This document shows, one piece after another, positions 50,062 through 62,800 of a DNA stretch of 64,000 bases. Below the pieces are notes generated by a model. The model was given only the letters and a program-made list of their open reading frames with translations, had not been told where the DNA came from and did not search any database. The position numbers and the translations under genes were made by a program. Each line of letters begins with the position of its first letter. The first letter of the stretch is position 1. The DNA comes from Chiloscyllium plagiosum (Eukaryota), in assembly GCF_004010195.1 (NCBI RefSeq), contig NC_057753.1, positions 7,436,130 to 7,500,129 on the forward strand, written 5' to 3'.

Positions 50062-50777
50062 TGTGACGATGCTGCTACTTTAACAAGGTTATTTTGTAAT
50101 TGTCTTTTTCAGACAGATCGTAAAAGGCACAGGCAATGAAATGTCTAGGATTGAAGGGATGAAGGGCTTTTGCCCGAAACGTCGATTTTGCCTGTCCTCG
50201 GATGCTGCCTGAATTGCTGTGCTCTTCCAGCACCACTGGTCCAGATCCTTGAAGGGAATCATGGCTACTTTGATTTTAGCTAACAGATACCAAATCAGGC
50301 AAAAGGCTTTTACGTTGTTTAAAAAAAAACACTTGTACAACGAAAGGGGAGTGACTAATTCTCATTGCTCAGTTTTCTCTGGTCTGGCTATTCAGAAAGC
50401 AGTTGCAAAGCCGCTTAATTAAACAGCGCATTTTCAGACTGATCCTACTCTCTCTCTCTGACTCTCTCCTCTAAGATCCTGTGTTTGATTTTACCTTTGT
50501 TCCCCCGGAATGTTTATGGGGATTGTTGCAATTACCGGGAACAGCATCATTAGATTGATATTGTCTGTTAGGTTTTTGGATATGTTAAGTTATTTTTTTG
50601 TGTGTGTTTTATTTTGTAATCTTGTAAATAAATGCTGTTTTCTTTGAAACTAAGTAGTTTGACCAACTGCATCTCTCCTGGAATATATGCGTTACACCTG
50701 TTTAAAACAACTAGCAAAGTTAGAATTCAGGTTACTGTGTTGAAATGTGCATGTGCAGTCTGGCCTGGTTCATAATT
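50062..50777 (+). repeat. 5' LTR of the Gmr1-like element (contains a Penelope-terminus insert at 50160-50248)
   Basis: Shares gaccaactgcatctctcctggaatat, acacttgtacaa and ttctctggtctggctattca with the 3' LTR; the insert is flanked by ttgaaggga direct repeats. Confidence 0.85.
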
Positions 50778-52821
50778 CATTGGGGGCTGTTTGTGGAATT
50801 TGTTGTAGAGCTTCAAATTAAGAAAGGATATTTTTGGACTCTAAGATGGCGAGTGGTAGGTGTTAGTGTCTTTTGCTCTTGGTGTTGATTTCCTTTTGCT
50901 TAAGCGGTACTAGACATAGCAATGGCTCCTTCAATCACCAAGAGCTTTCTGCGGGTGGAAGAAGTGACCTTGGGCGTTAAGAAAACAAAATGCTGGAATT
51001 AGCAGAGAAACTGGAATTGGAACTGTCTCCTTCCGTGAGAGATGATGTTGCAACTACAGTATAACATAGTATTTGCATTTCTTGGAAACACTCTCAGAAT
51101 CTTTAGAATTTGCTAAAATTAAATTGAACATGTAGCAGCTTCAGTTAGAGGGAAAAGACAAAGAACTACGTTTAAATGTTGGGGAAAGAGTAAAAACAGC
51201 GAATCACCTTAGCAGAAACAAAAATAAAAAAAGAGGAAGAGAGACAAAAGAGATGATCATTTTAGAAGAGTCCAAAAACTTGCTTCCGAAAGCAGCGAGA
51301 ACTCATTTGTAAATGCAAAGAGTTAAAACGGTAAGAATAGCAGCTGTAATGGCTCATGATTATGAATTGGTCCATAACTCAAAAATTGGCTTTCAAAATC
51401 ACTTTCAATCTGTGAGGGGTAGAAACTAGGGAAAAGGGGAACCCTCGCATGGAAAGGAAAATGTAGAACTCGGTAAAGATCATAAATGTAACTTATTCCC
51501 GGAGTAAAAAGGAAGCCCTTGCTGGCAAAAGAAACGTTTAAAAAGATCTGGTACTTTCACTGCAATAAAGTAGGCCACATGAGATCTCAAGGTTGTTGGG
51601 TTAGGAAGAGCACTTGTAAGCTAGATGTTGGAAAACAGGAGACCCAGTGAATGTTTTGGACTGGTAGCGGAGGCTGAAAAGCTGCACACAATGTTCAAGC
51701 GGTTCAGAAGTTGATTAAGGAAGAAGTGCCAGATCCTCAACCCAGCCACATTCGAGGCATTTTAACAGTTCTTGGATAAGCTTATGCATTATGTTTAGGG
51801 TGATTGGCTTAGATTAGTTCACAGGTCGGCGCAACATAGAGGGCCACAGAGTCTGTTCTGCACTGCATTGTTCTATATTCAATGTTCTCTGTCCTGAAAT
51901 CATAGACCTGTGAAGGTAACGTTTACTGACAGAGGCCAGGATTAACAGGTAAACAGGTTACATTATTAGGAGATACAGGAACCTCTTAATATATGTACCT
52001 CTGAAGGACTATTACCACAAAAGGTACGAGCGAAGGGAATTCAGGTAAGACAACAATAGTCAATTATGTAAATTGAGGTTAGAGTGTCCAGTGAATTGTG
52101 GAGAAGTCATGGTAGGTGTATTGGACAACTCTCTGCTCCAGGAATGCAATTTTTCCTTGCTAATGATATAGCTGGTTCTACAGGTAGGTGTGCTACCTTT
52201 TGTGGTTGAACAGCCAGTGAAAGCTCAAGCAACTGAAGTTTTGAAGCATATATGCCTTAGGCTTTTTTTTACCTGACTGTGTGGTAACAAGGTCACAGTT
52301 CAAACTGGAGCCATCAACGAATAAAGATAAGAAAGTTGAAGTTAGCAGAGACCCTGTTTGATCTAATGATGGAGAAAAACCAGGAACAAGCAGGCATCTT
52401 TAGCTCAGATAAAATAACTAAGTTACAGCAGAATGATAACAATTTCAAGCAATTATATCAAAAGTCTTACACAGATAAAGTGCCTGAATGTATCCCTGAT
52501 TTTTTTTTAAATGATGTCTTAATGAGGAAATGAAGGCCATCACATATTTAAGTGAATGAGACATGGACAGAAGTTCATCAACTCACATTGCCAGTGGATT
52601 ATAGAAAGGAGATGCTGCAAGTGGCGCATGAGCTACCATGGGGTGTCATTTAGGTACGAGAAAATCTCAAGCTAAAATGCAAAAACATTTTTTCTACTCG
52701 CCTAGACTGCACAAGAATTTGCGTATCTGCATTTGAGAATCCATTTGCAAGTGTCTTAATTGATTGTATAGGAATCTGACGTCAAACACGAGTGGGAATC
52801 TTTGTTTTCTAATATTGACGG

Positions 52822-53101
52822 ATAGAACATCGAACATAGAACACAGAACATCACAGAGCAATACACGCCCTTCGGCCCTCGATGTTGCGCCGCCCTGTCA
52901 TACTAATCTGAAGCCCATCCCACCTACACTATTCCATGTACGTCCATATGCCTGTCCAATGACGACTTAAATGCACTTAAACTTGGCGAATCTACTACCG
53001 TTGCAGGCAAAGCATTCCATACCCTTACTACTCTCTGAGTAAAGAAACTACCTCTGACATCTGTCTTACCTATTTCCCCTCACTTTAAAGTTGTGTCCCC
53101 T
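52822..53101 (-). mobile_element. Young CR1 3' end inserted in the Gypsy integrase
   Basis: (atagaac)n tail, cccttcggccctcgatgttgcgcc, ctctctgagtaaagaa. Confidence 0.85.
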
Positions 53102-55541
53102 CTTGTTTACCGTCCCCAAATGTGTCCAATACATTTTCAGAGGCCATTACATTGCGCAACATCACAGCTAAAAGGATTGCAGAGGTATTACTCAAAAATT
53201 TCAATCAACACGAACTACCTACAGAGATACAATGAGATCAAAGATATAAGTTCACATCAAAACTATTCAAGGATGTTATGGATAGATGAGGAATAAAACA
53301 ATTCAAATCTACTGCTTAAAATTCAGAAACAAGAGAGCACTCGAAAGGTGTAATCCGACATTAAAGACCATGTTAAGGGCTATTGTAGTCAATACTATCC
53401 AGATGACTCAGATAAGGGGATTCCATTTCTGCTTTTGCAATCATTCATAAACAAAGTGTATCTATCAAATCCATTTCATTTGAATTGGCTTCTGGGCATG
53501 ATGTGAGAGATCCGCTAAAATTGATTAAGGAGAAATTGTTTAATCAGAATTCAAAGACCACATATTGGGACTATGTGTCAAATTTTCTGGAATGATTACA
53601 TGGGCTGGGGGAGCAGAGTGGACAAGACAGTACTGAAAGGCATAACCACATGCAATGATATAGGTGTCAGACAGGAAATTAAAAAGAAAAACTCACAATT
53701 TTGCTCAGCGAGGTAAGTGGTTCATCTTACTTCCTAAATAGTTAAATCTTTAGAACAAATTTTAGAGGACCTTATCAACTGGAAGGGAAATTGAGTGTTG
53801 TGAACGATTTGATATGGACTTCAATCAGAAATAAATCACACAGAGTGAAGATGCTCATAACGAATTTTAAAAGGGAAGGAAATCCAAAGGAGAATGTGTT
53901 ATTCATTCCAACACAGAGGGAAGAACCAAGTGCAGAGGATTCTGAATTGGATAACCCTCAAATTAAATTGGACAATGACTAAATTATCAAAGTCTTGGAT
54001 AGATTATTGAGTTACATTTCAGAGGAACGTCGAAATTATCTGAAAGTGTTCAGATTATGACATGTGTGGAAATAAGCCTGGAAGATCTAACCTAATTATA
54101 CATGATGTAGATATCAAAGAGGTTCTTCGAATTAAGCAATATCCTTACTGGGATTACCCTGTTATATTGGCACAGGTTAAAAAGGATAATGAACGTATGC
54201 TCCAAGACAACATAATCAAAGTGAGTTACAGTGACTGTAGTTCACCCATAGTAATAGTGCCAAAGCCAGATGATGCAAAACAACTATGTGTAGACTATCT
54301 CAAAGTCAATGCAGTTACAAAGATTATTGCATATACAATTGCACGTTTGAAAAACTGTGCAGAGTAAGTAAGACAAATAACTTATATTTTGAAGTTGAAC
54401 TTGCTGAGAGGATATTGGTGGGTACCTTTGTCAGGAAGACAAACGGGTTGTATCAGTTTAAGTCATACTATTTGATCCAAAAAATGCGCAACCACATTTC
54501 AGAGACTAACCAATAATTTCATTGCCGGATTACTGACCTGTTTCATACATATAGATGACATGGTAATTCTTAGTCATACATGGAAGCAACATTTTCAAAC
54601 GTTATTAGACTTGCTTGATCGACTTCGGAAGGCAGGCTTAGTGATAAACGTAGCTAAAAGTGAATTTGCAAAAGTCCATGTCACCTTCCTGTGTTATTTT
54701 ATTGAACATGGTCAATTGGCCTCTTGGGATGCAAAAACAAAGTTAAGTGGAAAGTTTCCCAAAGCATCAGCAAAACGGGCAGTACTGCAATTGCTGGGAT
54801 TGAGTGGAATTTATCTGAAATTCGTACCAAATTGTAGCAGTAAAGCTGTTCCACTCACTGAATTGCTGACGAAAGCAAAAGTTTCAGAGGACAGCAGACT
54901 GTCAGAATGCATTTGACAGCCTGAAAGCTGTGTTAACCGCTGGACCTGAATTAGCCACACCTAAATACGCAATGCCATTCAAAGTGTCTATCAATGCAAG
55001 CGATGAGCGTCTCGGTGCTAAGCTCTTGCAGGAAGATGATGAGAAGACATAAAAACCCACAGAGATTGTTTTCCAGGAAATTGAACCTTTATCAGCAGAA
55101 ATACTCGACAATAAAGGAGGAGGTATTGAGCTTGATAGTGCCGTTACAACATTTGAATGCTTATGTTACCAGTAACGAATCTGAGACAATCATACATACA
55201 GACCATAACCATTGGTAGTTTGGAGAATGTAAAGGACAAAAATGCCAGACTGTCTAGAAGGATCTTGACGTTACATGCCTTCAATTTGAAAATTGTGCAT
55301 GCGGCAGGACGAGAAAAATGTAATTGCCCAAATATAGTTGAGACGGGAATGAGGAATGGGACGTTCGGTGGCTGTAGTAAAACAGACTGAAGAAAAATAA
55401 TGTACTCCATATTTGCATGTTTATATTTAATGTATGTATGTGTGTGTGTGTGTTATAGAGTACTAAAACATTGGAATTAAGGGTTTTTCAAATGAAGCCA
55501 TCTTTGCATATTGATGGCTTTTTTTTTTGTAAGTGGCTAGG

Positions 55542-56177
55542 TATGGCGATACTGCTCCTTTACCACGGTTACTTTGTCCTTCTTATTTTCTTGTTCAAAG
55601 ATGTCGTGTAAGACAGACTCCGAAAAGTCTGTGGTGGAAGGAGTTTAGGGCCAATTTGATTACAGCTGACAGATACTGTCTCCGACAAAAGGCATTTAAG
55701 TTTAAAAAAGAAACACTTGTACAATGAAAGGAGAGCGGTCAGTTCTCCCAGCTCAGTTTTTCTCTGGTCTGGCTATTCACTGATAGCTGTTATGCATTTG
55801 TAAAAACTGATGAACCCAAATTTAAGGTCTGTCCCTATCCCCATTTCTCTCTGACATCTCTCCTGTAAGACCGTGTTCGATTTTGTTTTTGTTCTAAAAG
55901 CTATTTATGGGGATTGTATCAATTATTGGGAGAAATATCATTAGTCTGTTATACTTCGTTGGGTTTTTGGATAGGTTCAATGATTCGGTAGTTGATTATA
56001 TTTTGTTTGTGTTTCTGTCAGTAATCTTGAATTTTTTCTTTGTTTAAAATAAAGTTATTCGACCAACTGCATCTCTCCTGGAATATCCGCAGTACACCTG
56101 CTTAAAACAACGAGCAACGTTAGGGTCTGGGCGACTTTCTTGAAATGTTTTGAGGGGGTCTGGCCTTATCCATAACA
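55542..56177 (+). repeat. 3' LTR of the Gmr1-like element
   Basis: Colinear with the 5' LTR; ends cataaca. Confidence 0.85.
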
Positions 56178-56578
56178 GATGAGAGAAGTAAAGCAGAACA
56201 GTGTATATGTAGATAGGTGGAAAATCTAAAGAGAAGGCTGGAGATTGCTTCATCACTAGTAAAAAAGATAAAAATGCTTCCTTCAAACCAGCTCCCGAGC
56301 TTGACACCGATTGTCGCTCCTTCCTCAGCACAAAAACAAAACATACACAAAGACATACTTAGTTGTGCTGTTTGTCACTTTCAAATGAACATTTTTTAAT
56401 TACTCTCAAGTGAAGTTATAGATACAGCAAGTGGAACGCTACCTCTTCCCAGAGGCCCTTGACTCGGGAGAAAGCCATTAAAAATGCTCGTGATTTTACT
56501 CCCAGTCTGTTAACACAGCGACAGGCCAATTCTTTACTGAACATTTGAATTGAAATAAGGAACTCCTGGATGGATTAT

Positions 56579-57486
56579 TCAATTAGTGAATTTGATTGTT
56601 TGATAGATTTGTGAAAAGGGGTATTTCAATACTTCCTTCAGCTGATGTCTGAACTTTGTCTGGGTCACAGCATAAACTGCGGTGTTTGTGCAGCAACTGA
56701 GAAGCTGCAACATGAAACCTAACTCCATCACATAATAGTCTAGAATCACAGAATTATACCCCAAATACCACATCCGGCTCCAGAGAGAATACAGAAATAA
56801 CATTGACCATAACAGGATGAAATTGGCTGATATTGCAAACAATAAAATGATGGATTTCTTTCGGTTCTTCAATTCCGTGTCTGTCTGACTCTTCCCATTG
56901 CTGTGAGCCCGGAGTCTCCGGCGGGCATTGCTGGTCACTAAAATATGTTTCACAGTGAAAACATTGAATAGCAGAATCAGAAGAAAAGGGAGCGTCGGGT
57001 TTAGCATGTTATGGAGGAACTCGACTGTGACCCAGAAAAGAGAATCATACACACCAGTTGATACGTAACAAAACCAGGGATCATTGTCCAGCCAATACCG
57101 GCCTGTGAACATAAAATACCAGAAGATGTTCTTTAAACAGCTCAGCACAGTCACTATTCCCAGAACCACAGCCCCGGTTTTTACACTGCAGTAATTACTT
57201 TTCAGCTTTTGGCAACAAATGGCCACAAATCGATCAAAAGTGAAGGTGACGGTGAACCAGACAGAACAATCAGTGGCTGCATAAAGCAGGACAGCATGGA
57301 TGTTACAGACAGGGATAGATCTCAGAAAAGAACACTGTTCTCGATAAACAATCGGAATGTGTCTCAATATCAGGTCGAGGATAACGACCAGTAGATCCGC
57401 CAGTGCCATGGCCACCAGGTAACGACAGACACATGGAGACAATCCACAATTTTTAAAGATCAAAATGAAGATCGTTACTACGTTAA
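56579..57486 (-). CDS. GPR139/GPR142-like class A GPCR, paralog 2, coding exon 2 (exon 1 not found in window)
   Basis: Minus-strand acceptor tctctttgccttcctcacAG|TTAACG at 57488-57487. Exon is 908 nt, colinear without indels with paralog 1 exon 2, about 72% aa identity by hand count (83 differences in 302 aa). Same DRF and LLSCCTNTAVY motifs. Confidence 0.92.
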
Positions 57487-57699
57487 CTGTGAGGAAGGCA
57501 AAGAGACAGATTATGAACCAGCCTGAAGCAAATTTATCAGTTTGATTGAAGACTTACTGAGATTTTCAAATGAGCCCCTGCATTCAGACATTAAGTGAAA
57601 TAATTAGACCTGAAATAAGAAACAAAAAGATCCGAATTTCTTTCGAAAAGGTTGGGGATAGTATCCGTATGAACATCGTGCACATAAGAGACATTCACA

Positions 57700-57928
57700 A
57701 GAAAGTGCGGATTGCAGATGCTGGAGATCACAGTCAAAAGTGTGGAGCTGAAAAAGCTCAGCAGGTCAGGCATCCTCCGAGAAGCAGGAAGATTGATCTT
57801 TCCCGATGAAGGGCTTATGCCCGAAAAGTCGATTCTCCTGCTTCTTGGACGCTGCGTGATCGGCTGTGCTTTTCTTGCAACACACTCTTCGATTCTGATC
57901 TCCAGCATCTGCAGTCCTCTCTTTCTCC
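57700..57928. mobile_element. Penelope-terminus hairpin element (older) with degenerate hammerhead
   Basis: Imperfect inverted arms (tgcagatgctggagatca / tgatctccagcatctgca); centre ccgatgaagggcttatgcccgaaaagtc. Confidence 0.8.
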
Positions 57929-58769
57929 ATTCAAAAATAATGTCGATTATAAAATATGCCAGAGTCATGAAGATCCACATTACAGATAGGCCCCTTCCAT
58001 CAATCAAAACTACATAAATCCAAAATAAGGACCGAACAATGTTTGAAACGGCGTTAGCATCACGGAATGTTGAATGTGCAGGAGCAGATTCGTTTTGATA
58101 CAAGTACGAGAACATGTGATTAAGGTACATCCTTTGGCCATTCAACCCTTCAGACCTGCCCTCCCATTTAATATGATCATGGCCGCTCCTGAGATCCACA
58201 CTGCCGCACGCTCTCTGAGATTCATTCGATGTAATTGATATTCATGAATCTGCCTTTACCTTAAAAATGTTGATTGATTTTGTTTCCATCGCTCACTGGG
58301 TGAGACATTTCCAAAATTCCCAAAACTCTAAGAAATTGAAACAAATGTCCTCATCTCTGCAACGAATTTAAGGTGACTTTTTTGAAACAAACTATGGATT
58401 TAAGAGATATGACCACTTTGTGATTGGTGCATTTGTTTCCACCTTACCGAGTCCTTCTTTGTAATCAGATGTCTGTTTGGTTTGTTTCTTTCATGGCTGA
58501 GCTCCTTTGTGTGGTTGAACAAATAGTCAGCTGACAGTGACGCCATTGTCCAATTTGTCCATCTCTTCCACATGTGTCCTGATGATTCTACCCTCCAAAG
58601 CGGTACATCGGACATTACCTGCTTTTCCTCAAACGAAAAGTACACCTCAAACCTAACAAAGGCCTTCAGCTATTATTGACCGTCGCCTGCATTCTTACAC
58701 GCGACCTTCCCCTCCTTTTCAGAACGTCTCCTGCAATAACGCTGCAGTGCGCACAATACTTACTAATCT

Positions 58770-58900
58770 AAAATAAAACAAAGAACTGGATATGCTGAAG
58801 ACCTGAAACGAAATCGGTTTTGATGACGAATAGGACTGGACTCGAAACGTTAACTGCGCTCTCTTCTGAAACATGCTCCTAGGTCTGTTGAGTTTCATCT
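58770..58900. mobile_element. Penelope-terminus remnant of another family
   Basis: aaaacaaagaactggatatgctgaagacctgaaac followed by tttgatgacga...ctcgaaacgttaact. Confidence 0.5.
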
Positions 58901-59379
58901 TAATAATTTCCTCGACGTTTCTCGCTTTTGGTTATTCAAGTGTAATGCTTATTATGAAAATCACCCCACCCATTTTTCTTATTTGTGCACAAATACCTAA
59001 TTGTGCACAGTCCTGGATATCAGTTCCCAACAGTTGCTAAAATACTCATAGTACACAGGGATGTGTCGGTCATGTGCATTCGTCAGAGGTAAATATAAGA
59101 TAATATGGTAGGGGGAATTTGCCTGGGTGTATTACTCTTCAGAGGGTGGGTGTGGATAGCTCGGCCAAATGGCTTGTTTCCACGACGTAGGGATTCTTTG
59201 ATTTGTCACCATGTAGTGATGTTTCTGTAATGCTATTAAATCAGAGCTGTTTACTGCAAATGCCTCAATCGTCAATTCCTCATTCGTTTTGAGAATGCAA
59301 AACTCATTATAGTAGATAGCCTTTCATTCAGCTTGAGGCATTATTCCCTTAGCCTTTGTAGTTTTTACTTTATTTTGAA

Positions 59380-60100
59380 TGATGAAGAAGCAGCCTGGTT
59401 TGGACATACTCACAAAATGGGATCTCATGGGCAATGTAGCAGGAACCACCATCAGCATCCTTGGAATGCCCCGGCCCCCCAGTGAGGCAGACCCATCAGC
59501 AGTATAGGCACAACGGTGAAGAGTCGGAAGGGAATTCCTCAACATCGATTCCAGACCCCAAGGAATTTCATAGTTACAGGTCAACGATGAACAAGGAAAG
59601 ATCGAATAGATGGATATCTACTGAACTCCTCACTTCCCCTCAATGATAAATCAGTTCTCCTTCATCTTGAAAATGAATTGTAAAAAGCACTGAGGGAAAC
59701 ACGAAAACCGAATATATTCTGGGAGCGTCACTTCAATGATCATCAACAAGAGTGTCTCCACAATCCCATTTACTGAGCTGGCCGAAGTCAAAAATGCAAA
59801 GCAGCTTGACAACAGTACGTGATGACTCAACCAAGAGGGAAACATCCTTCACAATCTGCTTGTCACACAGGCACCGGTACGTAGCAGCATCAGCAGGCAT
59901 GCCCAGCAGACACTCCTGGTGAGATGAAGTCTCATGCTCTTAAAGAAGACATGCTTCATCATGTTATATGGTGCCACTTGCTGCGAATTTAGAAAGCTTG
60001 AGAACAGAGTTGGGAAATCATGACCGGATACGAATGATGCAGTGTGATTCATCATCACAGCAAAGCTGTTGTCAATCACAATCTATAATCTCATTGCCAG
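59380..60100 (+). mobile_element. Old LINE (CR1/L2 clade) endonuclease fragment
   Basis: DKSVLLHLENEL*KALRETRKPNIFWERHFNDHQQE resembles the LINE APE GDFN region. Confidence 0.6.
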
Positions 60101-60702
60101 TATCATCACTATTCAAAAATGACATGTAAAGGGGAACTCAGCATATTTTAATGTAAATTGCAGGATAGTTTTCAAGGAGCAGTACCAGATATATATAATA
60201 ATGAAGAACCAATGTGGTTGTCTTAAACATGCAAAGACTTGAACGGGAAATAATGAATGCAGCTTCTAGACTCTGAGAACATCACAGCAATATTACTGAT
60301 GGCTCGTCATTCAGAACTGACCACATCACAGTTGACGTTGTTCCAATATAACTACAACACTGACATTTACCCGGCCATTTTACGTAATTACCGAGGTATG
60401 CTCTGGGGACAAAAATTCGAAATAATGTCCAGTTCAGCTACTTTGCATCCAATCAGTTACCTTCTGCCATCTCGTAAAGTGATGCAAGAGAAATCAACTG
60501 AGTTCTCAAGCAACATGTTCTCAAGAGGAAGCTAGTCACTGACACTCAGTACCTTTTTCATGTTAGCTGTCCACTTCTCATTTCATTCTCCCACTTTGCA
60601 CTTTTCCTTGATCACCTCCCTTCTGAATATTCTGACAGGAAAGTGGTGTTCAACATCATCAGTTTAGCTCTGACGTTTCCGGAGGTGGGCCAGACTCGAG
60701 TA

Positions 60703-61092
60703 GATTAGATTCCCTACCGTGTATAAACAGGCTCTTCGGCCCAACAAGTCCACAGCGAATCTCTGAAGTGTAATCCAGCCAGACCCATTCACTCCTGACT
60801 AATGCACATAATGCATCTATCTCAGGGCCCTGTAGTTCCTCGACTCTGCAAAACAGGAATAGAAGGAGGCGATTGATTATTTCACACATTAATATCAACA
60901 GGGCAATTTAGCTTGGCCAAATACACCTGACCAGTGCATCTTTGGATTGTGGGAGGACACCAGAGCACCCGCAGGAAACGCATGCTGGCAAGGGGAGAAT
61001 GTGCCACCTCCACACAGACAGTCGACCGAGGTTGGAATTGGACCCGACTCTCTGGCACTGTGAGGCAGCAGTGCTAACCACTGAACCAACGT
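60703..61092 (-). mobile_element. V-SINE (HE1-like) with an internal foreign insert
   Basis: Head cagtggttagcactgctgcctcacag, B box ggtccaattcc, V-domain and tail; extra segment near 60812-60897. Confidence 0.85.
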
Positions 61093-61139
61093 GACTTGCA
61101 ACGGAGTCTAACTTGTGCAATTCTGTGTAATTTAATCGT

Positions 61140-61880
61140 TCATGGTTGTTAGAGGAGCAAGGCGAGGTTGATCAGCTTCTTGATTCCATTTAAACAGGAA
61201 CGGGAGGAGGCCATCTGCCTCTCAAATCTGTTACTAGGAGGGCATCATTCAGTCCGTTGAATCTGTAACACTCTAACAGGAGGAGGCTGTTCGGATTCTT
61301 GAGGCTCCTTCAAAGGAACAGAATGAGGCGATTAAGACTCTTGAACCTGTTACATGTAAACAAATGGAATTCACTCAGCAGCAAAAGGCTCTTGGATAGG
61401 AATAGTTGCATATCAGTCATAACAGAAGGTCATGAATTAGATATTATGTCTATGAATTCTACAGCTCATGGACAGAATGTAGCCATTGACTTTCGCAGAG
61501 ATTTTACAGAAGAACGGCGAGGTCATTCAGCCCCTCAGACCTGTTGTACAGTAAAAGGAAATTCCACCTGTGAGCATGTTACACAGCAACAAGAGGACGT
61601 TCAGGCGCCCATTGGCACAATTATTATGCAAAGCAGGGAAAACATTTAGCTGCTTGAGCAAGTTTCATATAAATAGGAGGACGAATTGTTGTCTCTATGG
61701 AGACTATAAGGCAAGAATATTTGAAGGACATGCGGTTCCTTGATTCTGCAAAACAGGAACAGAAGAAGGTGATTGAGTATTTTAAACATTAATATCAGCA
61801 GGAAGCCATCATTCGTCCACTTGAGCAGAATGTAGAATGAAAACTGGAGCCCTGGGAACTGTTGCACTAGAACAGGAGAA
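61140..61880 (-). repeat. Degenerate 42-bp CR1-tail-derived minisatellite arrays
   Basis: aggaacgggaggaggccatctgcctctc, aggaacagaatgaggcgattaagactcttgaacctgttaca and aggaacagaagaaggtgattgag are reverse complements of the 27.6-kb unit. Confidence 0.65.
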
Positions 61881-62194
61881 TGTGAATCAGTCCTTACCAT
61901 TATGTCACAGAAAAAGGAGCAGATTTGGCTTGTTGCAAGCATCGTAACATCAGAATAACGGGCACGAGTAGGCCATTTGGTCTCTTGAACTGGTTCCACT
62001 CTTCAATAATATCATGGAAAAATTGATTGTTGCTCGTTCCCAAAATACCACAACCCAACCTGGATACGTTTTGGCCCTGATGTTCACCATGCAACACTTT
62101 TGCCTCTGTATTCGCAATAAGCAATGACTCTGCCTCCTCTGCTTACTGGGAAAAGATTTTCATTTTCACAGCATACTCTGATAAAGAAAATAGA

Positions 62195-62800
62195 AATGCA
62201 TGCAAGCACAGACTGTAATAAGAAACGCAAATGAAATGTTGGCATTTACTTCAGTAACAATAGAATTTATATGGAGGGAAAGATTGCTGTAAATATACAA
62301 AACATTAGTGAGCCCGTGAATGGAATGCTGTGTACAGTTTTGGTGCTCTCACTTTGGCATGGATGCTGTTGAATTGCAGGCAATTCTGAAGACGTTCACT
62401 GTATTGAATCAGAATATAAGGGGATCTTCATAGCAAGAGAAATTAAGCAGTTCAGAATTGCACTGTCTTCAATTTAGAAGAACGAGGGGAATTACAATTG
62501 GGGTATTGAAGACACTCAAGGAATTGAAAATGTCGACAGTGAGTGGATGGTTTCTCGTGTGGGTGATCTAAAACTAGAAATCACAGATTGAGGATGGAGT
62601 GCAGCAGAGTTACCGCAGCGGTACAATTCACTATCTTAACATTCAGAGCTTGCTTGACATTTGAGTAAATGAATTGTTACGCAGAACGGACAGGGGAGTG
62701 GAGGCGATGGCAGGATAAGGTCAGCCATGACAGCAGAAATGGCGAAGCAGGCTCGAGAGGCTGAATTGCACAGTGTTGGTTCCTTCTTCTTTTGTTCTTC
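62195..62800 (+). mobile_element. Decayed CR1 3' portion
   Basis: YKTLVSP*MECCVQFW; tail tcagccatga...gcaggctcgagaggctgaat. Confidence 0.75.

Larger units (their letters stand above)
50062..56177 (+). mobile_element. Gmr1-like Gypsy LTR retrotransposon (decayed, both LTRs; gag-PR-INT-RT-RH)
   Basis: LTRs near 50062-50777 and 55542-56177; PBS-like tgggggct at 50781; zinc knuckle FHCNKVGHMRSQ near 51555; protease GDTGTS near 51970; integrase VAHEL..HLG near 52620; RT PIVIVPKPD/LCVDYLKVN near 54245 and YIDD near 54548; RNase H 54960-55320. Confidence 0.9.

Noticed and set aside
57591..58199. 202-aa minus-strand ORF upstream of paralog 2 as its exon 1
   Set aside because: Crosses a CR1 tail and a Penelope hairpin; no similarity to paralog 1 exon 1 and no matching GVP-donor.
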